Position numbers and translations under genes: made by a program | Assembly (NCBI GenBank): GCA_016789445.1 | Contig: JAEUQT010000003.1 | Span: forward strand, 82,600 to 146,599 | DNA length: 64,000 bases | From: a bacterium | Lineage (GTDB): Bacteria; Patescibacteriota; Minisyncoccia; Phycocordibacterales; UBA2100 | Reading direction: 5' to 3' | Notes under the pieces: generated by a model | Databases searched by the model: none | Told to the model about the DNA's origin: nothing | The model's input: the letters and a program-made list of their open reading frames with translations, nothing else | Part shown: positions 27,388 to 36,383 of the stretch, in pieces | How the letters are laid out: every line of letters begins with the position of its first letter | How positions within the stretch are numbered: position 1 is the first letter of the stretch

Positions 27388-28224
27388 CTACGGCGTGTAC
27401 ACTTCTTCGATCATGATCACCTGGTTGTTTTTCACTGTCACGTTGTAGGGAAGCTTGTTCCAGTGCTGGGAATGGTCGTTGATGAGTGCGGCGAATTCAT
27501 TCGTGCGGATCGACTGTCGTTTGATGCCGCTTTCCCCCGCATTCCACGTGAGCATGTAGATCGTGAGGTTCGGTGCGAGCGGGATGGTTACCGGCTTCGC
27601 ATCAGCGTTGCCGATGTAGAAATCGTTCGGGAGACACTCGCTGCGCGTCTCCTCGGTGCAAATACCTGCGGCGATCGCTGCATCTTCCCCTGCAGCTCCC
27701 GTCATCCACTGCGCATCATCGAACTGGAGTGTGCTGGACGCGGTATCGAACGAACGGATGTAGCCGAAGTCGATGGCGAAAAGGGTCTGGAAGTTGCCGC
27801 GGGATCCTCCGCCTTCAGCAGTTCCCTCTTCGATCTCACCTACTTTGATGAGTGCACGCCCCCCGTCGCTGAAGACACCGATCTCCGTGCCAGCGCCTGC
27901 CCACCAGCAGATCGCTCCCGCGAATTCGCCCTGATCGCTGAGGAGTTGCCATTCGGACGCCGTGATGTCGAAGCAGCTGCCGTCCATGGTGCCGATGACG
28001 TAGGAGGTGCCGCCATTATTGAGGGTGACGTTCGTCTTCGGGATGCCGTCACTCTCCCCCATCGGGTCGAATTGCCACTGCCACTGTGCGCTGCTATCGG
28101 TGGTGGTCGCGAAGACGTTTTCGGCGTCCACGTTGGAATCACGGGATTGCGGGACGACGACGAAGCCCCACCAGAGGCTGATTCCTATGATAAGAAGGCC
28201 GACAAAGCCCAGAAATCGATACAT
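27388..28224 (-). CDS. hypothetical membrane-anchored secreted protein (278 aa) with a conserved 2-Cys domain
   Basis: N-terminal TM; internal about 70-aa domain (GTS...DGSC...ICWWAGAG) shared with the 43168 gene. Confidence 0.55.
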   Translation of the reverse strand: MYRFLGFVGLLIIGISLWWGFVVVPQSRDSNVDAENVFATTTDSSAQWQWQFDPMGESDGIPKTNVTLNNGGTSYVIGTMDGSCFDITASEWQLLSDQGEFAGAICWWAGAGTEIGVFSDGGRALIKVGEIEEGTAEGGGSRGNFQTLFAIDFGYIRSFDTASSTLQFDDAQWMTGAAGEDAAIAAGICTEETRSECLPNDFYIGNADAKPVTIPLAPNLTIYMLTWNAGESGIKRQSIRTNEFAALINDHSQHWNKLPYNVTVKNNQVIMIEEVYTP

Positions 28225-28356
28225 AGGGGCATCCTAGGATAAAGCCGCTTCCGGCACAACCACACGTAGTTGCGTCTCCTGTCGCGCTGGTTATATACTT
28301 GCGCCACCTTCGTATTCCCTGCGAAGGTGACGTTGATCATAAGGGGCGTCTCCGAG

Positions 28357-28396
28357 GGGCACCGGTATATCTAATATCCGGTGCCCTTTTTCTTTT
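28357..28396 (+). terminator. plus-strand hairpin plus T-tract (gggcaccgg...ccggtgccc tttttctttt) with no annotated upstream plus-strand gene
   Basis: Read from the sequence. Confidence 0.45.
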
Positions 28397-28487
28397 GGTA
28401 CACTGTAGGGAGTCTTGGTCTTTCGCCGCTCGCATCCACACTGCGACGGCACGGTTGAGATTGATCAGCGGGTTTATTTCCCACTGA

Positions 28488-28524
28488 CAAAAGCGGACAC
28501 TTCCACGTGTCCGCTTTTCTTTTT
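28488..28524. terminator. bidirectional hairpin (gcggacac ttccac gtgtccgc) with A and T tracts
   Basis: Read from the sequence. Confidence 0.5.
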
Positions 28525-28743
28525 GTAGGCGGACTTGTGGTCACACATCATTTCCTGCTGGAAATGTGCGCGATCGCACGTAAATCGCTGCTGCGATTTC
28601 GTGCGATCCCGGCTCGGGCCAGCCCTGCGCCCTTGCGAAAGCGCACTGCGCTTTCTCACCCGCCTCGGCGCCGAGCGCCTCCGGCCTTGCGAAGCAACGC
28701 TTCGCTCGCTTCTCACGCTTTTTTTGTGCTCTTTGGAATCCTC

Positions 28744-29373
28744 TTATTTGCCCGCGAGCTTGATACCGGAGACCTGCTCGAGCTTCGTCATGAGGCCCGG
28801 CGTTGAGTTGAACACGATCGGAAAGGCGAAGAAGAAGAGCGCCGCAGGAATGGAGATGGTCGTGAGAAGAAGCCCGAAAAAGGTAATCATCGGCGTGAGA
28901 TAGATGCGGGCGCGCACGAGCGCGATCGTGTGTGCATCGTTGTGTCCGGTCTTCACCTCATTTGATGAGAGCGCGTACTCGAAGAGCGCGACCACGATGA
29001 TACCGAGAACGAGCACATTAAGACCGTAGAGCTGCGCAGCTATCGGGAATTCCATGTAGCGGCCGAGCATGTGGGCGGAAAACGGAATGAGCGCGAGGAA
29101 TCCGAGAAAGAGCGCGTTGATAAGGGCGAGCGGACGATTCACCGTCTTCACGAGTGTGCCAAAAAAGACGCTATGCGTGATCCAGAACATGATGATGACC
29201 GCGAACGAGATCGCGTAACCGATAAGCAGCGGTCCGAAATCGGAAAGGATGTGGATGAGTTCCGCTTCGGTGTTAGAGCTGATCTTGTCGGGAACGAGCA
29301 ATTCGATGACGAGAAGCGTGAGGATGATGGCAAATGTTCCGTCGGAGAGGGCTTCGATGCGGCTTTTCGTCAT
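28744..29373 (-). CDS. TMEM175/DUF1211-family potassium-channel-like protein; start at MTKSRIEALSDG
   Basis: Signature RxxxxSDG in TM1 plus 6 TM. Confidence 0.75.
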   Translation of the reverse strand: MTKSRIEALSDGTFAIILTLLVIELLVPDKISSNTEAELIHILSDFGPLLIGYAISFAVIIMFWITHSVFFGTLVKTVNRPLALINALFLGFLALIPFSAHMLGRYMEFPIAAQLYGLNVLVLGIIVVALFEYALSSNEVKTGHNDAHTIALVRARIYLTPMITFFGLLLTTISIPAALFFFAFPIVFNSTPGLMTKLEQVSGIKLAGK

Positions 29374-29527
29374 GCGGATATCGTACCGTGATGTTGCTCC
29401 AGGACCAGTCGGTATCCCCACATGCCTGTGCCGTCGCTGTCCGTGCCTGCTGGCACAGCGCTCACTCTCGGCCCGTCGGCCTGCGAGAGACGGCACATGC
29501 ATGCGGAGCTACCTCCTCCTTCGCGAT

Positions 29528-30052
29528 TTACCTAGGTAGATACTTCCGTAACTCAAGCCGCTGTTTTTTGTAGTTAGGAAGAGCTCTCTCGACGAGCGCC
29601 CAGAATTGCGGTCCGTGGTTGTGTTCCTTGAGATGACAGAGCTCGTGGACGACGACGTAATCGGCCAGTTCGCGAGGCAGAAAGAGAAGCGTGTACGAGA
29701 AATTGAGATTCCCCTTTCTTGAGCAGCTGCCCCACAAGCGCTTCGTGTTCTTTATCGAGACCCGCTGATACGGGTGATCGTAGAACTGGTTCCAATATTC
29801 GAGACGCTCATGGATGAAGGCGCGCGCTTCTTCTTTGTGTTTGAGATATGCCCTGCGGCCGCTCACGGGAAGAGATTTGAAATCACGCATCCGCGCAACG
29901 CTACGCTCGATCCATGATCGATGGCCGCTGAGAAAGCGGTTGATGGAACTCTGCGACATCCACAGCGGCGCTGTCAGGATGACAACGCCGCCTGGTTGGA
30001 CCTGGAGGCGCATGGTGCGGGCCCTGTTTGATCGCTTCAGCGTGATTTCCAC
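29528..30052 (-). CDS. YgjP/DUF45-family metal-dependent hydrolase (HExxH, WLM/SprT-like)
   Basis: HELCHLKEHNH motif in the C-terminal half. Confidence 0.75.
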   Translation of the reverse strand: MEITLKRSNRARTMRLQVQPGGVVILTAPLWMSQSSINRFLSGHRSWIERSVARMRDFKSLPVSGRRAYLKHKEEARAFIHERLEYWNQFYDHPYQRVSIKNTKRLWGSCSRKGNLNFSYTLLFLPRELADYVVVHELCHLKEHNHGPQFWALVERALPNYKKQRLELRKYLPR

Positions 30053-30126
30053 CTCTCTATTGTAGCTGATTGCCCCTCAGGGGCTTTCTTGCTAGGTTTC
30101 CTGCAGTCTGTACACAGGAGGAAAAC

Positions 30127-31527
30127 ATGTCAGACGCACTCACGGCGCTCTGTCCGTTGGACGGGCGCTATCAGAAGACTGGCGCGAAGCTCGCGAAATA
30201 CTTCAGTGAGCAGGCGCTCATCTTGTATCGCCTACGGGTGATGCATCGCTGGCTCGTAACGCTCGTCGGACAGAGAGGCGTTCCAACGCCGGAACTTACC
30301 GCCGAACAGCACGAGAAACTGACAGACCTCGGCAACTCGTTCGAGGCCGCGGACTGCGTGATCGTGAAGAAGATCGAGACCGAAGGCTACGGCGCCTACA
30401 AGCGCACGAACCACGACGTGAAAGCATGCGAGTTCTACCTTCGAATCCTCTTGGAAGATGCAGGGCTCGGTATGCTCTGCGAATGGGTGCACTTCAGCTG
30501 TACGTCGGAAGACGTGAACAACGTCGCGTACATGCTTATGCTGCACCGCGGCGTCAGTATCCTTGTGGATAGCACAACGGCTATCAGCGAGGAAATCACG
30601 ATCATGAGTTCGGACCATGCAGGGCTGGCAATGCTCGCCCGGACGCATGGGCAACCGGCGACGCCGACTACTTTCGGCAAGGAGATGAGCGTCTTCGAAC
30701 GACGTATCGACCTCCTTATCACCCGCCTCATGGACGTGCGTATCAGCGTCAAATGGAACGGCGCCAGCGGCAATTACAATGCGGCGAACGCTGCACTTCC
30801 ACATATCGCGTGGCAGACGCTCGCGGAAGGCTTCTGCACGATGATCGTCGAGAAAAATGAGCGCATCGACTTCAATACTCACACGACGCAGATCGAACCG
30901 CATGACAGCTATGCGGAGTTGTTCGATCTCCTGACGCAACTCAACACGGTCCTCATCGGTTTCAACCAGGACATCTGGCGGTATGTAAGCGATGACTGGC
31001 TCGTGCAGAAAGCAGTCGAGGGCGAAGTGGGATCATCGGCGATGCCACACAAGGTGAACCCCATCGACTTCGAGAATGCCGAGGGTAACCTCGGTATCGC
31101 GAACGCGCTCTTGGGACACATGGCGCGCAAGCTTCCGATATCGCGCCTCCAGCGCGATCTCTCGGACTCGACGGTGGAGCGGAACTTCGGTATGGCGTTG
31201 GGCTACTGCCTCCTGGGATACGAAGCTATCCTGCGGGGGTTACGTAAACTATCTCCCAACGAGGCGAAGATTGGTGCGGCGCTTGCGGAACATCCGGAGG
31301 TGCTGACCGAGGCCTACCAGACGATCCTACGGAGCGTGAACTATCCGAATGCGTACGATGCCCTCAAAGGACTCGCCCGCGGAAAGAAGATCACACTCGA
31401 GGATCTGCATGCTTTCGTGCATTCACTGGATGTACCGCAATTCGTGAAGCAGCAAATGCTTGCGCTGACGCCCGAAACATATCTCGGGATCGCACCCGAA
31501 CTGGCGAGACAGAAGTTGTTCACCTAG
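30127..31527 (+). CDS. purB: adenylosuccinate lyase
   Basis: Fumarate-lyase signature GSSAMPHKVNP; start MSDALTAL after ggagga RBS. Confidence 0.9.
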   Translation: MSDALTALCPLDGRYQKTGAKLAKYFSEQALILYRLRVMHRWLVTLVGQRGVPTPELTAEQHEKLTDLGNSFEAADCVIVKKIETEGYGAYKRTNHDVKACEFYLRILLEDAGLGMLCEWVHFSCTSEDVNNVAYMLMLHRGVSILVDSTTAISEEITIMSSDHAGLAMLARTHGQPATPTTFGKEMSVFERRIDLLITRLMDVRISVKWNGASGNYNAANAALPHIAWQTLAEGFCTMIVEKNERIDFNTHTTQIEPHDSYAELFDLLTQLNTVLIGFNQDIWRYVSDDWLVQKAVEGEVGSSAMPHKVNPIDFENAEGNLGIANALLGHMARKLPISRLQRDLSDSTVERNFGMALGYCLLGYEAILRGLRKLSPNEAKIGAALAEHPEVLTEAYQTILRSVNYPNAYDALKGLARGKKITLEDLHAFVHSLDVPQFVKQQMLALTPETYLGIAPELARQKLFT

Positions 31528-31546
31528 AAAATGACCCGCGGCCAGA

Positions 31547-31885
31547 CTATCGGCTGCGGGTTTTCTTTTTCGCTTTCTTCTTCGGTGTGGGGACGTGTTC
31601 GGCAGTGATGCGGATGAGATCGGAAAGCCACTCGCGGTCATCAAGAAGGTCTTCATCGATGCGCATCGAGGGTTTCGCGCCGGGATACGCGGCGTCTTCT
31701 TCATAGTAGGTGCCGACGAATTTCTTCCCTTCGACGGTGATCTTCACGAACAGCGTGTCATCACACACAAGGGCGATGACTTTGCCTTTTGCATAGAGTG
31801 CATATTCACCGAACATCTTACGCGCGGTTACATTCTCGCCGACTTGGTCGAGAATATAATCTACGGTGGATTGTTTGGTAGCCAT
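31547..31885 (-). CDS. TfoX/Sxy N-terminal domain protein
   Basis: MFGEYALY...VIALVCDDTLFVK pattern typical of TfoX_N; Lys-rich tail. Confidence 0.7.
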   Translation of the reverse strand: MATKQSTVDYILDQVGENVTARKMFGEYALYAKGKVIALVCDDTLFVKITVEGKKFVGTYYEEDAAYPGAKPSMRIDEDLLDDREWLSDLIRITAEHVPTPKKKAKKKTRSR

Positions 31886-31899
31886 ACCGGCCTGCTTCG

Positions 31900-32601
31900 C
31901 TACTTCACCGAGATGCTTTCGATGATCATCGGCTGGACCGGGCGGTCGTTGGCACCCGTCTGCGCTGCTTCGATCTTCGCGACGACGTCCATGCCGGCCG
32001 TCACTTTGCCGAAGACGGTGTGTTTGCCGTCGAGGAAGTTGTTGGCGGCCACGTTGATGAAGAACTGGCTGCCGTTGGTGTTCGGGCCCGCGTTCGCCAT
32101 CGAGATGGTGCCGATTTCGTTCTTGTTGTTGGCATGGATCTCATCCGCGAACTGGTAGCCTGGGCCGCCGGTTCCCCAGCGTGCCTGCATCGCCTCATCC
32201 TTTGAAAGCGGATCGCCGCCCTGGATCATGAACCCTTTGATGACGCGGTGGAACTTAGTGCCGTTATAAAAACCTTCCTGCGCGAGCTTGGTGAAGTTCG
32301 CGACCGTGTTCGGTGCGTCGGTACCGAGGAATTCGATGGTAATGTCGCCCTGATTCGTGTGAAGCGTTGCCTGCATAGCTTTCTGGATATTAGTACTAGT
32401 AGTAGATGTGCTGGTAACCGGCTGCGTTCCAGCCGCTGCGCCCGTCTGCGCGCCGCGTGCGGCTGCGAACTGATCCATAAAACTCGCAGTCATCGAATCG
32501 ACGTTCCCGCCCGTGGCCGTGGCATCCGAGCCCGAAAAGAGCCAGACGCCGCCTGCCGCGAGAGCGACGACGAAGACGCCCGCTACGATCGCATTCTGCA
32601 T
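31900..32601 (-). CDS. ppiB: peptidyl-prolyl cis-trans isomerase, cyclophilin type, with N-terminal signal/anchor
   Basis: FHRVIKGFMIQGGDP core. Confidence 0.9.
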   Translation of the reverse strand: MQNAIVAGVFVVALAAGGVWLFSGSDATATGGNVDSMTASFMDQFAAARGAQTGAAAGTQPVTSTSTTSTNIQKAMQATLHTNQGDITIEFLGTDAPNTVANFTKLAQEGFYNGTKFHRVIKGFMIQGGDPLSKDEAMQARWGTGGPGYQFADEIHANNKNEIGTISMANAGPNTNGSQFFINVAANNFLDGKHTVFGKVTAGMDVVAKIEAAQTGANDRPVQPMIIESISVK

Positions 32602-32628
32602 TGCGGGAGTATATCAAACGTGAACGGA

Positions 32629-32793
32629 CTAGCCCAAAAGCGGACTCACGTGTACGCCCAGATAATAGGGCCACACGATAAGCGCCAAGACTCCCTTCCA
32701 GAACGAAAGCTGGAGGTAGCCGATGGTAAACAGCCAACCCGCGAACCAGACGCCGCCCGAGAACGTGTGATTCTCGATCTTTATCTTTTCCAT
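32629..32793 (-). CDS. small membrane protein (54 aa), MEKIKIENHTFSGGVWFAGW...
   Basis: Hand-translated, below the track cutoff; two hydrophobic helices. Confidence 0.3.
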   Translation of the reverse strand: MEKIKIENHTFSGGVWFAGWLFTIGYLQLSFWKGVLALIVWPYYLGVHVSPLLG

Positions 32794-32828
32794 CTATCAA
32801 GTATACGCCTGCCTGCAGGCGAGCAAGA

Positions 32829-33671
32829 CTACGCGGTGCGTAACTCGCTATGCTGTGGAATGCAGTCTCTGCAGCAGATGACTTTAAGTGACGGCTTCTG
32901 GCTGTCGTCGCTGTAGAAATCCTCGCTCGCTGTGCCGCAGTAGGTGCACTTCCCGACGACTTCGCGCTTGGCGACGGAGACGACGTCGGTCGTCATGCGG
33001 TTGTCGAAAACGAAAAGCGTGCCCTTGAAGCGTGCCCCAGGATACTTCTGCATGTAGGTGTGGATACCGTCTTTCAATTGATGGATGTCCTCGAAGCCTT
33101 CTTTCTTGAGAAGACAGGTCGCCTTCTCGCAGCGGATGCCACCGGTGCAGACGGCGACGACTTTCTTTTTCTTGAGATGCTTGATCGCGTCGATCTTCTC
33201 CGGCAGGTCGCGGAAGTTGCGCAGGTTCGGGTGTTCGGTCTTCTCGAAATATCCTGCTTCGATCTCGTAGTCGTTGCGCAGATCCAAGACGACGAAATCT
33301 TCGCCGCTCTCGTAGAGCTGGTGCAGTTCGTCGGCGGACATCTGCGCGGCGGTTTCCTTGGCGACGTCGAATTTTCCGGCACCGAGGGTGACGATCTCGT
33401 TGCGGACGCGGATGTCGAGCGAACGGAATGCCTGGCCTGTACCAGCGCTTTCCTTGAACGGCATGTTTTTGAAAAGTTCGCTCTCGCCCATCGCCTTCTT
33501 GTAGGCGCTGATAGCATCGTTGGTGCCTTCGAGCGTGCCGTTGATACCTTCGGTGGCAATGAGGATGCGGCCCTTGAGGCCGAGCTGTTCGCAGAGAGAT
33601 CGCTGTGCATCGCGAACCACTTCCGGATTCGCGATGTCGACGAAGCTATAGAAAAGGATGACCGTATGCAT
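32829..33671 (-). CDS. trhO: rhodanese-domain protein of the UPF0176/TrhO family (tRNA U34 hydroxylase-like)
   Basis: Rhodanese active-site Cys (CTGGIRCEKA) and C-terminal Cys cluster. Confidence 0.8.
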   Translation of the reverse strand: MHTVILFYSFVDIANPEVVRDAQRSLCEQLGLKGRILIATEGINGTLEGTNDAISAYKKAMGESELFKNMPFKESAGTGQAFRSLDIRVRNEIVTLGAGKFDVAKETAAQMSADELHQLYESGEDFVVLDLRNDYEIEAGYFEKTEHPNLRNFRDLPEKIDAIKHLKKKKVVAVCTGGIRCEKATCLLKKEGFEDIHQLKDGIHTYMQKYPGARFKGTLFVFDNRMTTDVVSVAKREVVGKCTYCGTASEDFYSDDSQKPSLKVICCRDCIPQHSELRTA

Positions 33672-33984
33672 GGGATTTCAGACTAGCACTATTTGGCGGG
33701 AGTAAAAAGAAATACCCCTTGGCGCGCGTACGGGGTGTCGCTACGCCAAGGGGCCCGTGCTCCTCCACATACGTGGGCTAGACGCAAACTCGCGGAGGGA
33801 CGCCCACTCTAGCTCTGGCCGCTGTGGGATGCAAGGCTACCTACCGCACGAGGCTGACGATGGAATTCGCGAACGAAAGAATGAGATTCAGGATGGTGAT
33901 GAAGAAATTGATGGTGAGCGTAAGAAGCTGCATCAGGAAGTCGATGATCATCTGGATGAGGGCCATAGCGGAAGTGTAGCATTA

Positions 33985-34013
33985 TTGCTATTGGATAGTA
34001 CATGTGGTATAAT
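33985..34013 (+). promoter_or_regulatory. sigma70-like promoter with extended -10: TTGCTA, 17-bp spacer, TGgTATAAT
   Basis: Read from the sequence about 33 nt upstream of the 34046 ORF. Confidence 0.4.
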
Positions 34014-34045
34014 GATGCCAGTGTGAACAACTCAGTAGGTGTGAA

Positions 34046-34333
34046 ATGGCAGAAATCAAGACGGGCGCGGAGAATGTCGGCTCCCTCCTTCTTCAGTACG
34101 AGAAACGCCGCGGAGTCGTCATCGACTCCCTTCCCGAGCCCGTACGAGAAGCAGTCGTGAGACAGATCGCTCGCAACCTCATCATCCTCGCGGACATGCA
34201 ACTCATCGCGCTCGAGAGCCCCAGTCCTATGGAGACCCTCAAGAAGATCGATTCGATCATGGATCAGATGAAGCAAGAGATCGGCCCCCTGCAACGACCG
34301 TCGTCCCGACCGACCAACAAGAAGCATCACTGA
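34046..34333 (+). CDS. hypothetical small protein (95 aa)
   Basis: Own promoter-like element and own terminator. Confidence 0.45.
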   Translation: MAEIKTGAENVGSLLLQYEKRRGVVIDSLPEPVREAVVRQIARNLIILADMQLIALESPSPMETLKKIDSIMDQMKQEIGPLQRPSSRPTNKKHH

Positions 34334-34335
34334 AT

Positions 34336-34371
34336 CGCGGCCGCGCCCGTTGGGACGCGGCCGCTTTTTTT
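34336..34371 (+). terminator. intrinsic terminator (gcggccgcg...cgcggccgc ttttttt)
   Basis: Hairpin plus T-tract. Confidence 0.6.
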
Positions 34372-34432
34372 CGGATCCGCTTGTGTTCTTCTGCTGCTTC
34401 GGTTCAAATGAATGCAGACGAAGGAGGTATCC

Positions 34433-34624
34433 ATGGAAAAGATACAGGAATCGGCATTAGTCGGCGTGAAGATCTATCCTCACGCCACCTATATCGGCAT
34501 CTATCGTCGCGAGACCTATGATGACGGCACGATCAGCAGTCTCGAGATGAAAGACAGCAGGGAGCACCGCTGGATCCATCGAGGCAATCCTGAAAAGATA
34601 ATCTCTCGTCTCTCGCGTCGCTGA
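34433..34624 (+). CDS. hypothetical small protein (63 aa), start at MEKIQESAL
   Basis: aaggagg RBS; own terminator. Confidence 0.45.
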   Translation: MEKIQESALVGVKIYPHATYIGIYRRETYDDGTISSLEMKDSREHRWIHRGNPEKIISRLSRR

Positions 34625-34629
34625 CGCGC

Positions 34630-34663
34630 TGCGGCCTCGCTTTCGCGAGGCCGCTTTTCTTTT
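34630..34663 (+). terminator. intrinsic terminator (gcggcctcgc tttc gcgaggccgc ttttctttt)
   Basis: Hairpin plus T-tract. Confidence 0.6.
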
Positions 34664-34725
34664 GACTTGCAGATACTGGAGACATAGGCCAATCTACAGC
34701 CAGACGTGAAATGGAGGAGGAACGC

Positions 34726-34923
34726 ATGTTCACGCGTATACGCAATCTCTGGAAGCGCCTCGAAGACTACCGGAATACGCCCCGCACGATCGGATCGGAG
34801 TACACGTCGCACATCCTCGGGGTGAGCGGCAACTTATGGACGGTTGAGTTGTGTCGGGACGGCGTCCCCTACCGTCGGATGCAGGTGCATTCGATCTCGA
34901 ACCTCCTGCGGCGATATGAATGA
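34726..34923 (+). CDS. hypothetical small protein (65 aa), start at MFTRIRNLW
   Basis: ggaggagg RBS; own terminator. Confidence 0.4.
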   Translation: MFTRIRNLWKRLEDYRNTPRTIGSEYTSHILGVSGNLWTVELCRDGVPYRRMQVHSISNLLRRYE

Positions 34924-34931
34924 AAGACCGA

Positions 34932-34962
34932 GCGGCGGCCCTCCGGGCCGCCGCCTTTTTTA
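34932..34962. terminator. intrinsic terminator (gcggcggccc tcc gggccgccgc ctttttt)
   Basis: Hairpin plus T-tract between convergent genes. Confidence 0.6.
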
Positions 34963-35418
34963 TTGCTCTGAAATGCGTTTGAGTTCCGCGAGTGCCTTCT
35001 GCCACATCTCCGCGAACATCGCCGCGTATTCTTCCGCGATATCCATCGATACCTCGAACTCGGTACCCCCGTCTTTCTCGGTGAGCGTGTATGCCTCGAT
35101 TGCGGGAGTCCATTTTTTTACCTCTTCGCTCGTCGTATCTTCGACACCGTCTTTGATCATGCCGAAGTGTTCGAACGCGATGTGTTCCGGCTTGCGGCTT
35201 TCCTTCACATGCGAGAGCATGCCGCCTTCCTTGCCGGTCTCCGGATCAGGACCGGTGAATTTCACGACGGAACCGACCGCGTTCCAATCTCCCTCATATC
35301 GTGAGCCACCCTCGTTAAACGGCTTCGTCCATGCGGTATAGGTCGCCGGGGTACTCATTACCTCCCACACCTTTTCGCGCGGTGCGTTGATGTGAATGGA
35401 TTGTTGCAGTTTTTGCAT
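34960..35418 (-). CDS. SRPBCC-family protein (AHSA1-like)
   Basis: Bet v1-like fold pattern; paralog at 52691. Confidence 0.75.
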   Translation of the reverse strand: MQKLQQSIHINAPREKVWEVMSTPATYTAWTKPFNEGGSRYEGDWNAVGSVVKFTGPDPETGKEGGMLSHVKESRKPEHIAFEHFGMIKDGVEDTTSEEVKKWTPAIEAYTLTEKDGGTEFEVSMDIAEEYAAMFAEMWQKALAELKRISEQ

Positions 35419-35842
35419 ACGCTAAAAAATGATGAGCGGTTATTTTTTAAGGATACGTACAATGTAGCAAAGCCGTATGAAGAACACCCTTCCGCACGGG
35501 CGGAAGGGTGTCGGTTACGCGTGTTCGACGAGCGTATCCACCAGGAGCTTCTGGAGCTCCTCGGGGGAAACTTCGCGTATCTCCATGTGCTGCGCCGGCC
35601 ATCTGAATCCTCTGATCCGCGGACGGATATGTTGGTTCCAGAAAATATCCTTAGCCGCAGATTCACTCTTGGCGCCGATAAGGCGTGCGAGTGAGATGGT
35701 ATGCAGTGCGGGCACCGTGAAGATATAGAACGAGCGGCGGCTGCGCATACGGCATACCGATCCGCTGCAGAGATAGATCGGCATGTAGCACCTCGCTTTC
35801 TGCCGCATTGATTAGACGGCCAAGCGGGACCGGTGTCAACGC

Positions 35843-36349
35843 TTACGATGTATACACGCCGCCGCTTCCCGATGCCGCTGCCTGATTGATATAGAGCTGC
35901 AAGTAGTACATCGCAAAGATGAGAAGCGGTAGTAATTCTTTTTCGCTGCCTTCGAATATCTCGATCGTGCCCGGCTTGAAGTAGCCGCCGAGGCGGACGT
36001 GCGCGATTTTCCTCTCTCCTTTTGAGAGCGTGAATCCGGAATACCATGTCTGTGGCTTCCATGCGTATTCAGCACCACCGTAGGAAAGCGTGGTGTTGCC
36101 CCACCAATCTTTCGGCTCGGCGCTGCCGACGCTCTGCCCTGAGGCGTCCGTCATGACGGCGCGGCGCAGATCCCACATGCTTTTCGGCGCGAAAAGGTAT
36201 TTCTTTCCGTACACCTCGCCTTCCGCCTTGTTGGACCATGCGCTTACCATCACGAGATTGCCCGCCTTCCCGTGCGACGCGTCACGAAGTTCGCGGCGTG
36301 GATTCCAGAACGATGGCTTCTCGATCGTGAACGCCGGTCGGGAGTTCAT
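35843..36349 (-). CDS. hypothetical protein (168 aa) with a C-terminal hydrophobic anchor
   Basis: ORF-track ORF with protein-like composition. Confidence 0.5.
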   Translation of the reverse strand: MNSRPAFTIEKPSFWNPRRELRDASHGKAGNLVMVSAWSNKAEGEVYGKKYLFAPKSMWDLRRAVMTDASGQSVGSAEPKDWWGNTTLSYGGAEYAWKPQTWYSGFTLSKGERKIAHVRLGGYFKPGTIEIFEGSEKELLPLLIFAMYYLQLYINQAAASGSGGVYTS

Positions 36350-36383
36350 GCATTCATCCTAGCACCTCGCTTTGTTTTGACTA

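Noticed and set aside
28530-28745. CRISPR-like array (two related hairpin units)
   Set aside because: Only two imperfect units, no regular repeat-spacer periodicity and no cas genes anywhere in the window.
33757-34330. Plus- and minus-strand ORFs of 89 and 173 aa overlapping the promoter and first small gene
   Set aside because: Acid- and His-rich low complexity; they overlap a better-supported promoter plus small-ORF arrangement.
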